Origin: an uncultured Chloroflexia bacterium
GTDB taxonomy: Bacteria; Chloroflexota; Anaerolineae; Promineifilales; Promineifilaceae
Length of the DNA stretch: 64,000 nucleotides
Direction of reading: 5' to 3'
Assembly: GCA_963807975.1 (NCBI GenBank)
Contig: CAWEDV010000001.1
Location: forward strand, 2,326,508 to 2,390,507
The position numbers and the translations under genes are program-made. A model generated the notes under the pieces. That model had not been told where the DNA came from. It saw only the letters and a list, made by a program, of their open reading frames with translations, and ran no database searches. This document shows, one piece after another, positions 46,538-56,450 of the stretch (position 1 is the stretch's first letter; the number at the start of each line of letters is the position of its first letter).

Positions 46538-47192
46538 CCTTTTTTTCTTCGTTGTTTTTATCTTCTTTCACAGCTGGTTTAAAAGGCCGTAACGGCCCAT
46601 CATCATTTAGTCGCAAAACGCGCACGCCCCCATTTTCGGCCAGATAAAGGACGCTGGCCGATGCGGGCGCTACGGCGATCCGCTGGAAGAGGTCCAGATG
46701 CACACCCAAATAATATGCCAAAACCAATTTAATCGCATCTGCATGAGAGACAGCCACAATCGTTTCATCTTGATGCTCAACCGCCAACTGCTCCAGCGTC
46801 TGCACCATGCGGAATTGCACCTCACGCAGCGCTTCACCGCCGCCAGGAAAACGCATTCGGCTGGGGTAATACTGGACCGCATGCCACGCCGGTTTACGCG
46901 CAAGTTTCTTGATCTTCTTGCCTTCCCAAGAACCGTAGCGCACCTCACCCAATCCTTCGAGCTGTTTGATTTCAAGGTCCAAGGTCTGGGCCACGTATTC
47001 GGCCGTTTCCAGGCATCGCGTCACCGGACTGCTGTAAAGCCCCTTCACCGGCAGCACGCTCAACCGCTGTGCAGCCGCCTCCGCCTGCTGGTGCCCCTTC
47101 TCATTAAGATGCACATTGGGCAGCCATCCGGCAAGTCGGTGTTTCTTCACCCATTCATTTTCGCCATGGCGTAGTAAGACGATGATACACAT
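46515..47192 (-). CDS. Histidine phosphatase (phosphoglycerate-mutase-like) family protein (TIGR03848-like)
   Basis: IVLLRHGEN (catalytic His), ...VAVSHAD. Confidence 0.7.
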   Translation of the reverse strand: MCIIVLLRHGENEWVKKHRLAGWLPNVHLNEKGHQQAEAAAQRLSVLPVKGLYSSPVTRCLETAEYVAQTLDLEIKQLEGLGEVRYGSWEGKKIKKLARKPAWHAVQYYPSRMRFPGGGEALREVQFRMVQTLEQLAVEHQDETIVAVSHADAIKLVLAYYLGVHLDLFQRIAVAPASASVLYLAENGGVRVLRLNDDGPLRPFKPAVKEDKNNEEKKGAHGSAD

Positions 47193-47294
47193 GGGCTAAT
47201 GATAGCACATTTAATTTGGAAAACCGGTCTATGATCGCCGTCCCGCTAGACCTTGTGCGCGCCTTTTAACATCGCTTGCGCGTTAAACCCACTT

Positions 47295-49775
47295 CTATGG
47301 TTCTTCAACTGCTGGCGTTTCAATTTCCGTTTCTTCCGGAACCAGCGCCGGCTGTCCCTCAACCTCCTGCTCAATCTCTGGTTCAGGCGTAAAGGAATCC
47401 GGTTCGATCACCGGATTGAAGGTCAGCGAATTGCAGACTCGGTTATCCTCCAGGAGCGATTGGTTCCACTCCGTTTCCGACAAACCATCAGCATACTGCC
47501 CCAGTCCATAATATGCGGCCATGACATTGCAGGCCACCGGCGCCGCCCAGGCCGATCCTTCGCCCCCATTAAATACAAATACGCCGACCACGATTTCCGG
47601 GTCTTCCACCGATGCATAGCCCACATACCAGGCATGTGTTGGCTGCACTGCCTTTTTCTCGAAGCGGCACCAGCCTCGCTCGATGGCGATATTGTCGCAG
47701 TATTCGGCCGTTCCCGTCTTACCCGCCGTAGCCAGCCCAAAATCATCAGGCCAATCGACGTAGGTAGCACCAGTGTAGAAAGAATCTTCGTCAATATAAT
47801 TGTTCACCAGCTCCATGCCGTCGGCCACGATCTGCAAATATTCACGGTCCACATCGGTGGCGTCGACCACATCCGGCTGGTAGATAAATTCCCCTTTCTC
47901 ATCAAATTGAATGTTGATCGAGGGATCTTCCAATGCATTCCCCTCCGCATCCATGAGGATCGTTTGTCCATTCGGGCCAGGCCGTGCGCGGGCCACCACC
48001 TGGCTATCATCGTCGACGATGACCACATTACCGTCCTCGTCCGTCATATGGTGAATGATCGTCGGCCGGTAAAGAAAACCGCCGTTGGCCACCACCGCCG
48101 CCATTTGCGTCACTTGCATAGGAGTAGCCGTCATGAACCCCTGCCCGATGCCCAGGTTATAATCATCACCTGTCGACCAGGGCTCGCCCTGCGTACGCCG
48201 CTTCCACGCTTTCGTGGGCACATTCCCCTCCGCCTCCAGGGGCAGTTCGATCCCCTGCACACGCCCAAAGCCAAACTGATTCGAATATTGGGCGATGCGA
48301 TCCACGCCCAAACCTTCGACAAATTCGCCATCCTGGTCAAAACCACCGCTGATTTTGTAAAAATAAATATCACAGGAGTTGGCGATGCCCTGGCGCATAT
48401 CCATCACGCCATGCCCTTCCCTGTTCCAGCAGACAAAAGTCTGCGCCCGACCCGGATCATTAGGCGCGAAACGATTGGGGATTTCAATTTGGCCCGGGGC
48501 ACTCAGCAGGCGCTCCGGAGAAATAATACCTTCCTGCAAGGCGCCGGAAGCTGGCACCAGCTTAAAGGTCGAACCAGGTGGGTAAGTGCCGCTGATAGCA
48601 TGATTGACCAGGGGCGTGTAGTCGTTGCGCGCCAGACCCAGGTAATAATCGACCGGCACTTCCGTGGTGAAGCGGTTATTGTCAAAGGTCGGGAAATTAA
48701 CCATGGACAATACCTCCCCCGTCTTGGGGTTCATGGCCACAACCGCCGCCTGTTCAATCTCCGGCAGCGTGCGTTCACCCGTGATCTCATCCGTGCGCGG
48801 CGTATTGCGATTCACTTCCATGATCTGCTGTAATATCTCAAACGTCTGCTTCTGCAGCTTCAGATCCAATGTTGTGTGCAAATTGAGCCCCGCCACCGGT
48901 TCTTCCAGCAAACCCAATTGGCGCACCTCACGCCCCGTCCAATCCTGCTCAATCGTGCGCCGCCCTTTTTGGCCCGCCAGCTCCAGTTCCATGGAGGATT
49001 CCAGACCCGACCAGCCCACCCGGTCATCTCGCTGGTAGCCAAGCTGGTTGATCCAGTTTTCGTTGGGGATTGGCCCCATAAAACCAAGCAGATGAGAGGT
49101 ATACTCGCCGCTGGGATACTGCCTTTGCGGGTCAGGCAAAACGCGCACGCCCGGTAAGAAAATACTCTCCTGCTCAATGGTGTAGGCCAGCGTAATCGGA
49201 ATGCCAGAGGTGATGACCGCTGGCACATACTGGGCGAAGCTCCGTTCGCGCACGATACCTTCAATACTGTCCGGCAGCAGGGGCACCACGCCAACTTCAT
49301 CCAGCGTCTCTGCCACCGGCGCCCCATAAATATTGGCCAGGCGCGAATAGGTGCTCACCAGTTCCGGGTTCGCCGCTTCCAACAGCGCCTGCTGCTGCAG
49401 GGTATTGGAAACGGGTACACCAGTTAAGAGCGAAAGCCGCTCAAAGACCGCCTGCCGTTCATTATCCGTTTGCGGCAGAAACGCGGGCGTGATTGTCACA
49501 TTGAAGCTGGGCTGGTTGACCGCCAGAGGGCTGCCGTAGCGGTCGAAGATAACGCCCCGCGGCGCATCCGTCTGCAGTTCTGCCGTCTGGTTCTCCGTCG
49601 CCAACGATGCCAGTTCCGGTCCACGCGTCTGCTGTATCCACCAGACACGGTAGAGCAGCAGCACCAGGACCATGATGATCAAGACGCGCAGGAAGCGCAG
49701 CCGGTTGCGTAAACCGACATCCTCATCTTCCTTGATCTCTAGATCTTCAATGCGTTCCCAACCAATGCGGGACAT
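47295..49775 (-). CDS. mrdA: Penicillin-binding protein 2 (elongasome transpeptidase) with long C-terminal extension
   Basis: N-terminal TM. Dimerisation plus transpeptidase motifs (STFK, SGN, KTG). Immediately downstream of mreD. Confidence 0.85.
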   Translation of the reverse strand: MSRIGWERIEDLEIKEDEDVGLRNRLRFLRVLIIMVLVLLLYRVWWIQQTRGPELASLATENQTAELQTDAPRGVIFDRYGSPLAVNQPSFNVTITPAFLPQTDNERQAVFERLSLLTGVPVSNTLQQQALLEAANPELVSTYSRLANIYGAPVAETLDEVGVVPLLPDSIEGIVRERSFAQYVPAVITSGIPITLAYTIEQESIFLPGVRVLPDPQRQYPSGEYTSHLLGFMGPIPNENWINQLGYQRDDRVGWSGLESSMELELAGQKGRRTIEQDWTGREVRQLGLLEEPVAGLNLHTTLDLKLQKQTFEILQQIMEVNRNTPRTDEITGERTLPEIEQAAVVAMNPKTGEVLSMVNFPTFDNNRFTTEVPVDYYLGLARNDYTPLVNHAISGTYPPGSTFKLVPASGALQEGIISPERLLSAPGQIEIPNRFAPNDPGRAQTFVCWNREGHGVMDMRQGIANSCDIYFYKISGGFDQDGEFVEGLGVDRIAQYSNQFGFGRVQGIELPLEAEGNVPTKAWKRRTQGEPWSTGDDYNLGIGQGFMTATPMQVTQMAAVVANGGFLYRPTIIHHMTDEDGNVVIVDDDSQVVARARPGPNGQTILMDAEGNALEDPSINIQFDEKGEFIYQPDVVDATDVDREYLQIVADGMELVNNYIDEDSFYTGATYVDWPDDFGLATAGKTGTAEYCDNIAIERGWCRFEKKAVQPTHAWYVGYASVEDPEIVVGVFVFNGGEGSAWAAPVACNVMAAYYGLGQYADGLSETEWNQSLLEDNRVCNSLTFNPVIEPDSFTPEPEIEQEVEGQPALVPEETEIETPAVEEP

Positions 49776-49779
49776 AAAC

Positions 49780-50283
49780 TCACACCTCGACTGGCTTTGG
49801 CCAGATTGTTCTTAGAATCAAATACAGCAGCCAGTATATCGGTAGAATCATAAAAGTATGTAAGATCACCGTGGGCAGCAGCGACATGGACAGCATCTGC
49901 GCCGCGCTGTAGCCAAAAGCGCTGAGAAAGGTGGCATAGAGGAACTGCTGGATAACCGTTGCCACTGCCGCCAGGAACATGGGGATCAGGGCACGGTTGG
50001 CAGGCAGCATATCCTGGACGTAGCAGGCTGCAAAGACGGCGATCATATAGGTCAGGGCCAGGCCGCCAACAGGAGCCGCCGTAAACAGATCCATGCAGAA
50101 CCCGGCAATGAAGGCCCAGACCACACCCTCGTTAAGACCCCGCAGCAGGCCCCAGGCCAGGGCCACCAGCAAAGGCAGTGCTGGGGTCACGCCCAGGAGC
50201 GGAAAATAGGGCAGAACCGCCGTTTGCACCACCGTCAAAAGTACCATTACCGGTACGCCTAATAAGATCGCCGAGGTTATCAT
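49780..50283 (-). CDS. mreD: Rod shape-determining protein MreD
   Basis: 167-aa polytopic membrane protein, operon position. Confidence 0.75.
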   Translation of the reverse strand: MITSAILLGVPVMVLLTVVQTAVLPYFPLLGVTPALPLLVALAWGLLRGLNEGVVWAFIAGFCMDLFTAAPVGGLALTYMIAVFAACYVQDMLPANRALIPMFLAAVATVIQQFLYATFLSAFGYSAAQMLSMSLLPTVILHTFMILPIYWLLYLILRTIWPKPVEV

Positions 50284-51137
50284 TATTCCGTTATGGAGAA
50301 GATTTCCGTATCCACCGCTTCAAAATCGGTGATCACAAAAATGACCTCTAGGGATTCAAAATCAACTGCCGGCTGCACAATCGCCCGTTGGAATAGCTCC
50401 GCCTCGCGCCGGTCCACTTCAATTACCCGCCCAATGACCAAGTCCTGCGGGAACCGTCCACCCAAACCGGACGTGAGCACGACCTCGCCCACTTCCAACT
50501 GGTGCTTCAAATCGACCCAGTCGATAGACATCGAACCGCCTAATCCGCCGCCGCGCAAAATACCTGTGGCCCGCGACGTGCCCAGCCGCGCCGGAACTGC
50601 GCTGGAGCTGTCACTGATCAAGATCACCTGCGAAGAATTAGGCGTTGTGCGAAAAACCTGGCCCACTAAACCGCGCGCGCTCTCCACGGGCATGCCCACT
50701 CGTACGCCATCCGCTGAGCCTCTATTAATGATAATGCTGCGCACCACCTGGTTGCTGTCCCGTCCAATCACGGAAGCGGTCAGGCGCTGGTAATCCGGCG
50801 CCTGGCGAGCGCGGTTAAAGAGATCGAGCAGGAGTTGGTACTCTCCTTCAATCTCACGCAGCTCTTCGTTTTCTCGTTCTAAGGTGTCGATACGTTCCTG
50901 CAGGCTGGTGATTTCCGTGCGCGCCGTTTCCAGGTCGCGCGGTCCTTCCAGCGCTTCATCCAGCGCCTGCGACCGTTCCGATGTCCAGCCCATAATCGAG
51001 GCGATCGGGTTACGTATGACGCTGAGCGCCGCATCCAGATTACCGGTGCGATCCAGCAGCGTCAGCAGCAGAGCCAGTGCGATCAGCACGGCAAAGGTTG
51101 CCCAGCGTATCCGTCTTTGTGCCTCGTTAAGGTTCAT
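50283..51137 (-). CDS. mreC: Rod shape-determining protein MreC
   Basis: N-terminal TM, coiled coil LQERIDTLERENEELRE, beta-rich C-domain. Confidence 0.8.
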   Translation of the reverse strand: MNLNEAQRRIRWATFAVLIALALLLTLLDRTGNLDAALSVIRNPIASIMGWTSERSQALDEALEGPRDLETARTEITSLQERIDTLERENEELREIEGEYQLLLDLFNRARQAPDYQRLTASVIGRDSNQVVRSIIINRGSADGVRVGMPVESARGLVGQVFRTTPNSSQVILISDSSSAVPARLGTSRATGILRGGGLGGSMSIDWVDLKHQLEVGEVVLTSGLGGRFPQDLVIGRVIEVDRREAELFQRAIVQPAVDFESLEVIFVITDFEAVDTEIFSITE

Positions 51138-51205
51138 GACAAACTGCGAATAAAGAGGAGCGGCTGAGGATCACCCGCTGGGGGATCTGCCGCCAGAGGA
51201 GCGGT

Positions 51206-52267
51206 CTAATGCTGCGTACTGCCGCGATGCAGTCCCACCAGAACACGCTCGTAGTTGTCTAGATCTTCCAAAACGCGTTCCGCGCCGCGCGCCACACAGG
51301 TCATCGAATCTTCCGCCACCCACACACGCATCTTGACAACATCTTCCAACCGGTCGGCCAAACCTTGAATATTAGCCCCACCGCCGGCCAAACAAATACC
51401 CACTTCCATCAAGTCCGCCACCAATTCCGGCGGGGTCTCGTCCAGCGCATCACGTACGGCGTCGACGATTACATTGATCGAGGGGGCCATCGCCTCACGT
51501 AGTTCAATACTGCTGATATCCACTGTCTGCGGCAGGCCGTTGATCAGATTGCGCCCACGCAAAGACATGGTCGTTTCTTCCGGCAGAGGAAAAGCAGAGC
51601 CAATGCCGATCTTCACCCGTTCCGCCATGCGCTCGCCAATGAGCAAATTGTATTTATTGCGTGCGTAGGCGATGATATCTTCATCCATTTCGTCACCCGC
51701 CACGCGAATGGAGCGGCTGATCACGATGCCGCCCATGGCGAAGACAGCCACTTCCGTCGTGCCACCGCCGATATCCACGATCATGCTACCCCGCGATTCA
51801 ATTATCGGCAGACCGGCGCCAATCGCCGCCGCCATCGGTTCTTCAATCAGGTAAGCATCGCGCGCCCCGGCAGACATCGTCGCATCGTAGACCGCTCTTT
51901 TTTCCACTTCAGTCACACCGCTGGGCACACCGACCACAACCCGCGGTCGCGGGAAGGGCACCAGCATCTGCTCATGCGCTTTGTCGATGAAATACTTGAG
52001 CATCGCCTCCGTGATTTCGAATTCGGAGATAACGCCGTCTCTCAACGGCCGTATAGCCACAATATCACTTGGCGTCCGGCCGACCATCTCCCGCGCTTCG
52101 GAACCAATAGCCAGCGGCCTGCGTGTTCGTTTATTGATTGCTACCCATGAAGGTTCATTGATCACAATGCCCTTATCGCGGATGGCGACCAGAGTATTGG
52201 CCGTGCCCAAATCAATGCCGATGTCCAGTGAAAACAGTCCTAGCAGCCAATCGAGTGGTCTAAACAA
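51206..52267 (-). CDS. mreB: Rod shape-determining protein MreB (actin homolog)
   Basis: DIGIDLGTANTLV, ..DIGGGTTEVAV.., phosphate-binding motifs. Confidence 0.9.
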   Translation of the reverse strand: MFRPLDWLLGLFSLDIGIDLGTANTLVAIRDKGIVINEPSWVAINKRTRRPLAIGSEAREMVGRTPSDIVAIRPLRDGVISEFEITEAMLKYFIDKAHEQMLVPFPRPRVVVGVPSGVTEVEKRAVYDATMSAGARDAYLIEEPMAAAIGAGLPIIESRGSMIVDIGGGTTEVAVFAMGGIVISRSIRVAGDEMDEDIIAYARNKYNLLIGERMAERVKIGIGSAFPLPEETTMSLRGRNLINGLPQTVDISSIELREAMAPSINVIVDAVRDALDETPPELVADLMEVGICLAGGGANIQGLADRLEDVVKMRVWVAEDSMTCVARGAERVLEDLDNYERVLVGLHRGSTQH

Positions 52268-52730
52268 TGGTCGTCCTTCTTTCCTCGTTACCCATCAAGC
52301 CCGGGCAAAATAGGCATGATCAAACAATGGCCTACGTGCCTGCCACGCCCGGCATTATACCCCACAAACACCCGCCGCTGCACGCCAGCTACCCTTTGCC
52401 CCCCTAAATAAGAAATTCCTCACCCATCCACCGCCTATTCCTGAGAAAAAGTTAAGCGCCACCCCTGATAATGCCCCTGTTGGCTGTATGATCTAGTCAG
52501 ACAATTGTTTAATAATAGATGGATTCAAAACAGACATCAACAGGCACCTTGCCCCAGCTAACTTTGATCTCTGCGCTCCCTCTGCGATCTTGCGTCTCCT
52601 ATGCGCACTCTGCATCCTATTTCAAAACCACCAGGACATAGAGCACTTAGAGAATTCGCAAAAAACGCACAATGAGTAGTAGGATGGGTATAGATATTTG
52701 AAGAGCAACCAAAGAACAAGGATGATACTC

Positions 52731-53144
52731 ATGGCACGACAAGCTCTATTCGAAGGACTCGTTTACGATGAAGACGAAAACCTCTTACCAACCAAACAGT
52801 TAGGGGACGAAGCATTTTACATCTTCGACGACGCCGGCTTTCTTCGTCACATCCCCGCCGTAGACATCGACCGCCAGGTATTAGGCTTCTTCCTGGAGCA
52901 GCTAGAAGACAACAAAGACATCGCCGTCGAGCAAGCCCTCTCCATGATGGGCAAAGATGATCTCTTCACCAAAGCCGCCGTCGACGCCCAACTCAGCAAC
53001 GTCGACATGGAAGAGATCATGGCCCAGGGCATCCCCCTCCAGGCCCGCAACATGCTCGGCATGCTCGGCTTCCGCATCACCGTCGACCTCCACGGTCAAG
53101 TCACAGCCATTAATCAGCCCAGCATGCCCGATGAAGGATATTGA
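52731..53144 (+). CDS. Hypothetical protein (137 aa)
   Basis: RBS AAGGA. Its 3' half (52954-53106) has a decayed duplicate at 57653-57805. Confidence 0.5.
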   Translation: MARQALFEGLVYDEDENLLPTKQLGDEAFYIFDDAGFLRHIPAVDIDRQVLGFFLEQLEDNKDIAVEQALSMMGKDDLFTKAAVDAQLSNVDMEEIMAQGIPLQARNMLGMLGFRITVDLHGQVTAINQPSMPDEGY

Positions 53145-53204
53145 TAGCCTCAAAATGGGAACCCAATAACTGAGCATGGCCCTGAGGGCACAGTTGTACA
53201 AACG

Positions 53205-54509
53205 CTATGAAAGGGACCGAGAATTCTGTCGATCTTGCTCGCGCCTTAACTTCACAACGGTACTTTCTTCATCCAAGAGGACATCATTCCAGGTTATGAT
53301 TTCGCCGGCAGGGACGGGGCGTATGATTTTGGCTCCCGGTGCTAGACCGGCGGGCAAGGCATTCGTTTTACCCACAATCTCGGCGCGATCCATCAGGCCA
53401 TAGAAGGTATACCCACCGAAAGTATCCAACCGCTCACCCGCCTTCAAATCACGCTTAGCCATACTCATAATGTCAGCATACGGCCGTTCCAAAGGCTGTA
53501 AAGTAGGTTCGCGCATCAAGAACGCCTTAGCGATAGAGATCGGTGCCTCCAAGAACCAGAGATGGTACGGTCGGAAAAATGTGAAATAATTACCACGCCC
53601 TACTTTTAGATACTGCAAATCAGCGCTAATTCGTTCATCCATAATCCGTACCACAACGAATACACCACCAGCCATGGCACTCCCCTGCACAAAGTCAACG
53701 GCGCCAGGGAATTTTGTCAGCCCGCCATCTTCCTCGAGAGCGAACAGTTCAGACACATTCTCCTTGGTCGCCTGAGGACCAATCATTCCGCGCTGCATAG
53801 GTAGACAGCCAGTAGCATTGGCAGCGCAAGTCATTTCGAAACTAGTCTTAGAACCATCAACATACGAGGCAACCTGGAACGGGTCCTTATCAGCCTTCTT
53901 TGCCGAATCGGCTACCGTATCAGGATTGGCGGCTGGGTTGAGGGGATTGTTCTTGCCTTTGCCGATAACAATCACTTCATAACCAAGGCTGGTTACAAAG
54001 TTATACAGTTCCATGAGGCAGCCCGGTTCGTCTCCCGAAGATACGGAATATAGGACCCCCGCTTCTTGTGCTTTTTGGTGCAATATATGACCAACCGTAA
54101 CATCCGCTTCAATATTAATCATCACAACATCTTTGCCATGAGTAATACAGGCACTGGCTGTCTCCGCACCAATAGCTGGAGAAAAAGTGACGTCGGTCAC
54201 GATATCGATGTCATCAAGCTGGGCGGCCAGGCCGTAGTCGGCCGTTACAACCCGCTTGCCAGCGCGCAGGGCATCCGTGGCTGCTCCGGCGCTGTTCGCT
54301 TCAATGATGATTTCGAGTGGTATGCCGGATTTTGCAAAGGCATCATAGGCGGCTGCTATGTTAGGATCGGCCACAAGCGACACTTGCATACCAGGAACGT
54401 GCTTCATTTGAGCCAGGAATCCGCTGCCCATCCAACCCGCTCCACTGCTGCCGACGCGGATGGGATTGCCTTGAGCTTGGCGGCGGAGTAGTTCTTTTCG
54501 TATTTTCAT
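53205..54509 (-). CDS. NAD(P)-binding dehydrogenase with C-terminal SAF domain (COG4091-like 'predicted homoserine dehydrogenase')
   Basis: IRVGSSGAGWMGSGF Rossmann start. C-terminal GAKIIRPVPAGEIITWNDV SAF-like. RBS GAGGAG before the internal ATG. Confidence 0.6.
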   Translation of the reverse strand: MKIRKELLRRQAQGNPIRVGSSGAGWMGSGFLAQMKHVPGMQVSLVADPNIAAAYDAFAKSGIPLEIIIEANSAGAATDALRAGKRVVTADYGLAAQLDDIDIVTDVTFSPAIGAETASACITHGKDVVMINIEADVTVGHILHQKAQEAGVLYSVSSGDEPGCLMELYNFVTSLGYEVIVIGKGKNNPLNPAANPDTVADSAKKADKDPFQVASYVDGSKTSFEMTCAANATGCLPMQRGMIGPQATKENVSELFALEEDGGLTKFPGAVDFVQGSAMAGGVFVVVRIMDERISADLQYLKVGRGNYFTFFRPYHLWFLEAPISIAKAFLMREPTLQPLERPYADIMSMAKRDLKAGERLDTFGGYTFYGLMDRAEIVGKTNALPAGLAPGAKIIRPVPAGEIITWNDVLLDEESTVVKLRREQDRQNSRSLS

Positions 54510-54570
54510 TGTCACTCTCCTCAAGATGCCAACTTTTCTTCAAGTTGGCATCTTTTCCTCAACATAGCAT

Positions 54571-55539
54571 CTACTTAGCCGCAAATGCCTCACGTGCTGC
54601 TTGGGCAATATCCTCAGCCGTCAAGTGGTATTTAACAACCAGATCATCAGGATCAGCCGAATCGGTGTAGGTGTCGGCAAGACCAACGAAGCGCATGGGC
54701 ACCGGGTAGTTCTCAGCAACGACGCGTGCAATATTACTGCCCATTCCACCTTGCAGCAGGTGCTCCTCGGCGGTGACAACAGCTCCCGTCTCACGAGCCG
54801 CCGCAGTAACAGCCTCCACATCCATCGGCCGTATCGTGTGCAAATCCAAGACGCGGGCATCGATACCTTCTTCAGCCAAAACCGCCGCAGCATCGAGTGC
54901 AGCAGCTACCATAATGCCACAGCCAATAATGGTCAGGTTATTACCCTGGCGAACAACATTGGCCTTTCCGATCTCGAATGGACAATCCTCCATCGGATAG
55001 ATCTCCGGCAGCGGCACCCGGCTGGAGCGCAGGAAGACAGGACCAACATAATCCGTTGCTGCTTTTACAGCAGCATGCATAGAGGCAGGATCACTGGGAA
55101 CAAGAATGACGAAGGTAGGCAGACCACCAACCAAAGCCAAATCCTCAATACCCATTTGCGTCGGACCATCCTTACCCAGCGTGATGCCCCCATGGCTGCC
55201 TAGAATCTTAGCATTGATATTGGACATAGCCACTGCCAGGCGGATCTGATCATATGCATTGCAGAGCAGAAATGAGGAGAAGCTGGTGATCCAAGGAATA
55301 AAATCACAAGCTGCCAAACCGGCGCCGATTCCAACCAGATTGCTTTCTGCGATGCCGATATTGAAGAATCGCTCTGGATACGCCTTGCGCACCGTATCAG
55401 CTTTGGTTGAATTGGCCAGATCACCGTCAAGAACTACAACTCTGGGGTTCTCGGTGGCAACGTTTAGTAAAGCATCGCCGAAAACATTTCGTAAGGGTAG
55501 ATCGTATGGCTTTAAACCAGCCTTTTTACCAAGTTGCAT
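54571..55539 (-). CDS. Transketolase, C-terminal subunit (pyrimidine-binding + C-terminal domains)
   Basis: GIAESNLVGIGAGLA, PTHMGIEDLA-like, RBS GGGAGGAA. Overlaps the upstream subunit gene by 14 bp. Confidence 0.8.
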   Translation of the reverse strand: MQLGKKAGLKPYDLPLRNVFGDALLNVATENPRVVVLDGDLANSTKADTVRKAYPERFFNIGIAESNLVGIGAGLAACDFIPWITSFSSFLLCNAYDQIRLAVAMSNINAKILGSHGGITLGKDGPTQMGIEDLALVGGLPTFVILVPSDPASMHAAVKAATDYVGPVFLRSSRVPLPEIYPMEDCPFEIGKANVVRQGNNLTIIGCGIMVAAALDAAAVLAEEGIDARVLDLHTIRPMDVEAVTAAARETGAVVTAEEHLLQGGMGSNIARVVAENYPVPMRFVGLADTYTDSADPDDLVVKYHLTAEDIAQAAREAFAAK

Positions 55540-56368
55540 TGAGTTCCTCCCGGGCCAGTACAGCCTGCTCTTGATTGAGGGCACGGCCATGGAACGTATA
55601 GTCTGCTTCCACAAATGAAACGCCTTTACCCTTGATAGTGTGCGCAATGATGATAGCTGGCTGGTCTGAAACGGCCTTTGCTTCTTCCAGCTTTGCCAAC
55701 AATGCTTCGATATCATGACCATCCGCTTCGATCACATACCAGCCAAAGCTTTGCCATTTATCAACCAGTGGTTCCAAACCCATCTCACGGCTAATTGGGC
55801 CCATTTCCTGGTACTTGTTGTAGTCCAGTATCGCGATCAAGTTGTTTGCCTTAAAGTGCGCGGCTGACATGGCAGCTTCCCAAATCTGGCCCGCTTCACA
55901 CTCGCCATCTCCAAGCAGCACAAAAACATTGTAGTCCAGGTCATTCATACGCCCGCCCAGCACATGACCAACACCGACCGACAAGCCCTGTCCCAACGAC
56001 CCTGTTGTTGCTTCAACCCCAGGCATCAAGCCTTGGATCGGATGGCCCTGGACTGGACTATCGATCTGTCGCAAGCGCCATATCTCATCGCGGCTGAAAT
56101 AACCGGCCCGGGCCAACGTCGCATATAACAGCGGTGCCGCATGCCCTTTGCTCATGATGAAACGATCTCTTTCCGCCCAATGAGGGTCATCGGCACGGTA
56201 GCGCAGAACACCACCAAAGAAGAGCGCGACCAGCACTTCAGTGGCTGACCATGAACTTGAAGCATGGCCTGATCCGGCTCTGGTAGTCATTTCTAGAATG
56301 TCGAGACGCAGATCGCGGGCTATTTCCCGCAGCTGCAGCGTACTCAGTTTCTCAGTTGTTTCTTGCAT
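55526..56368 (-). CDS. Transketolase, N-terminal (thiamine-diphosphate-binding) subunit
   Basis: GSGHASSSWSATEVLVALF, GDGECEAGQIWEA (GDG-x-E-G ThDP motif). Confidence 0.8.
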   Translation of the reverse strand: MQETTEKLSTLQLREIARDLRLDILEMTTRAGSGHASSSWSATEVLVALFFGGVLRYRADDPHWAERDRFIMSKGHAAPLLYATLARAGYFSRDEIWRLRQIDSPVQGHPIQGLMPGVEATTGSLGQGLSVGVGHVLGGRMNDLDYNVFVLLGDGECEAGQIWEAAMSAAHFKANNLIAILDYNKYQEMGPISREMGLEPLVDKWQSFGWYVIEADGHDIEALLAKLEEAKAVSDQPAIIIAHTIKGKGVSFVEADYTFHGRALNQEQAVLAREELNATW

Positions 56369-56450
56369 CTATTTCTCCTAATGTTGTAAAAGACAAACAT
56401 CTCAATTTATTTAACCAGTGAGGGACCCAAGAATGCTGCACAGCATTGGG

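Noticed and set aside
47253-48833. 526-aa plus-strand ORF
   Set aside because: It lies entirely antisense within the well-supported PBP2 (mrdA) gene. Its composition is Arg/His-rich as expected for the reverse frame of a GC-rich gene, and it has no motifs.
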